Origin: Candidatus Poribacteria bacterium
GTDB lineage: Bacteria; Poribacteria; WGA-4E; JAJDTR01
Assembly: GCA_965222225.1 (NCBI GenBank)
Contig: CBDCTK010000002.1
Coordinates: 3,584,001-3,648,000, forward strand
Reading direction: 5' to 3'
DNA: 64,000 bases
Each line of letters begins with the position of its first letter. The stretch's first letter is position 1. Under the pieces are notes generated by a model. It saw nothing but the letters and a program-made list of their open reading frames with translations. It did not search any database and was not told the origin of the DNA. Positions 62,729 to 64,000 of the stretch are shown here, piece by piece. Both the position numbers and the translations under genes were made by a program.

Positions 62729-63250
62729 TGTTGCGTCCCCGTTTGCGTGAGTGTTAAGAGGAGCATCCGGGATATACTACCCATACCACGGAGACCGCGG
62801 GTGGCTTGGAATAGGGTTTTCCAAAGTCGGATAGACGGTCAGCGATCAGCACGCAGGTTCGGTTCCCGTGCGAGGTTGGATGTCAAGTGTTCGCTGGAGG
62901 TATTCCCGTTTACTCTTGTAACTCACAAATTTACTACTATATGGTGAACTTGCCCTCACCCCAGTGAAATGCTGGCGGAGGACATTCACTACTAAACAAA
63001 ACGATGGATTTTATTCATCGTTTCATTTGCGCCATGCCGAAATGCAAGCAAACGCGCAAAATCTTGACGCCTAGAGGGACGGGGCACGAGTTTGGACGGA
63101 AAGAAATTTTTTACCAGAAACACGGAAAGACTTGCCCCAATCGCAAAAAAACATCCTGTAGGTTGGGTTGGACGATCGTGCGACCGAATTTTGTTGAGGA
63201 AGGAATTATTTTGCACGTTTGGTGACACCACGCCTAGCGATCTCAGCCAA

Positions 63251-63278
63251 TTAGGGAACGCAAACCTGCGTTCCCTAA
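63251..63278. repeat. Palindromic REP family D downstream of fabF
   Basis: ttagggaacgca-aacc-tgcgttccctaa. Confidence 0.65.
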
Positions 63279-63299
63279 GGTCAGGAAGTGTCTCCCAAA

Positions 63300-64000
63300 T
63301 CACGCATCGACATATTTGCGAATGGCGATCGACGTGTTGTGACCGCCAAAACCAAAAGCGTTAGACAGTGCAACTCGAATATCGGCACGTCGTCCCTCAT
63401 TGGGGACATAATCCAGATCGCAGTCGGGATCAGGAGTTACGTAGTTTATGGTGGGAGGGACATAACCTTTCTCAAGCGCACACGCGGTAGCGATAAGTTC
63501 TACTGCACCCGCGGCTCCCAGCAGGTGTCCCATCATCGATTTGGTGGAACTCACGGCAATCCGTTTTGCGTGAGAACCAAATAGGTTCTTTATTGCCAAC
63601 GTTTCAGCAATATCTCCCGGCGGCGTTGAAGTTCCGTGGGCATTGATGTAGTCAACCTCCTCCAGCTCGACGCCGGCATCCTTCAAGGCGAATTCCATCG
63701 CCTTTGAGGCACCCTCGCCATCTTCGCCCGGATGCACCATATCATAGGCGTCAGAACTCATGCCATACCCCACTATCTCCGCGTAGATACGTGCGTTACG
63801 ATTCAGCGCGTGGGTCAAAGATTCCAGTACCAATACTCCTGCGCCTTCGCCCATGACGAATCCGTCCCGATCTTTATCGAACGGACGGCTTGCATGCTCG
63901 GGTTCATCGTTGCGCACTGACATCGCACGCATGCTGCAAAAGCCAGCATAGCTCAATGGAGTAATCGCGGCTTCCGTACCCCCGGCAAACATCACATCGG
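63300..64000 (-). CDS. fabF: 3-oxoacyl-ACP synthase II, 3' part
   Basis: [49 protein letters not shown]. Confidence 0.93.
   Translation of the reverse strand, partial: DVMFAGGTEAAITPLSYAGFCSMRAMSVRNDEPEHASRPFDKDRDGFVMGEGAGVLVLESLTHALNRNARIYAEIVGYGMSSDAYDMVHPGEDGEGASKAMEFALKDAGVELEEVDYINAHGTSTPPGDIAETLAIKNLFGSHAKRIAVSSTKSMMGHLLGAAGAVELIATACALEKGYVPPTINYVTPDPDCDLDYVPNEGRRADIRVALSNAFGFGGHNTSIAIRKYVDA

Noticed and set aside
62992-63364. Short overlapping ORFs between dprA and fabF
   Set aside because: They run through REP family B and D sequences on both strands and show no protein motifs.

Overview
Bacterial chromosomal window of roughly 50% GC (visual estimate). Gene style and repeat content resemble Candidatus Poribacteria or a similar uncultured host-associated lineage; this is inference only. 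The backbone is housekeeping: argH, pyrF, lepA-lepB, thrC, kdsB, tRNA-Ala(GGC), sat, nth, rpoZ, hisC, ispG, purD, folK, fabF. One accessory island (about 17.4-28.1 kb) carries a complete type I restriction-modification operon (hsdM-hsdS-hsdR-M48 peptidase). Three uncharacterised cargo genes sit between hsdS and hsdR, including a tightly coupled pair (HxH-motif protein plus DUF1828-like protein) that is the best candidate for an undescribed defence or toxin-antitoxin module. The operon lies between two 37-bp REP-like direct repeats and next to a GIY-YIG gene. Other points of interest: a fatty acyl-CoA reductase N-terminus plus a Zn-dehydrogenase/LarA-like pair (possible ether-lipid pathway), an AddA-like helicase with a degenerate nuclease motif, a ClpX-like ATPase lacking the zinc finger, a transglutaminase-like protein lacking its Cys, at least five pseudogenes (several with internal deletions) and several families of short intergenic repeats. 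No CRISPR array, rRNA, integrase or transposase was seen.
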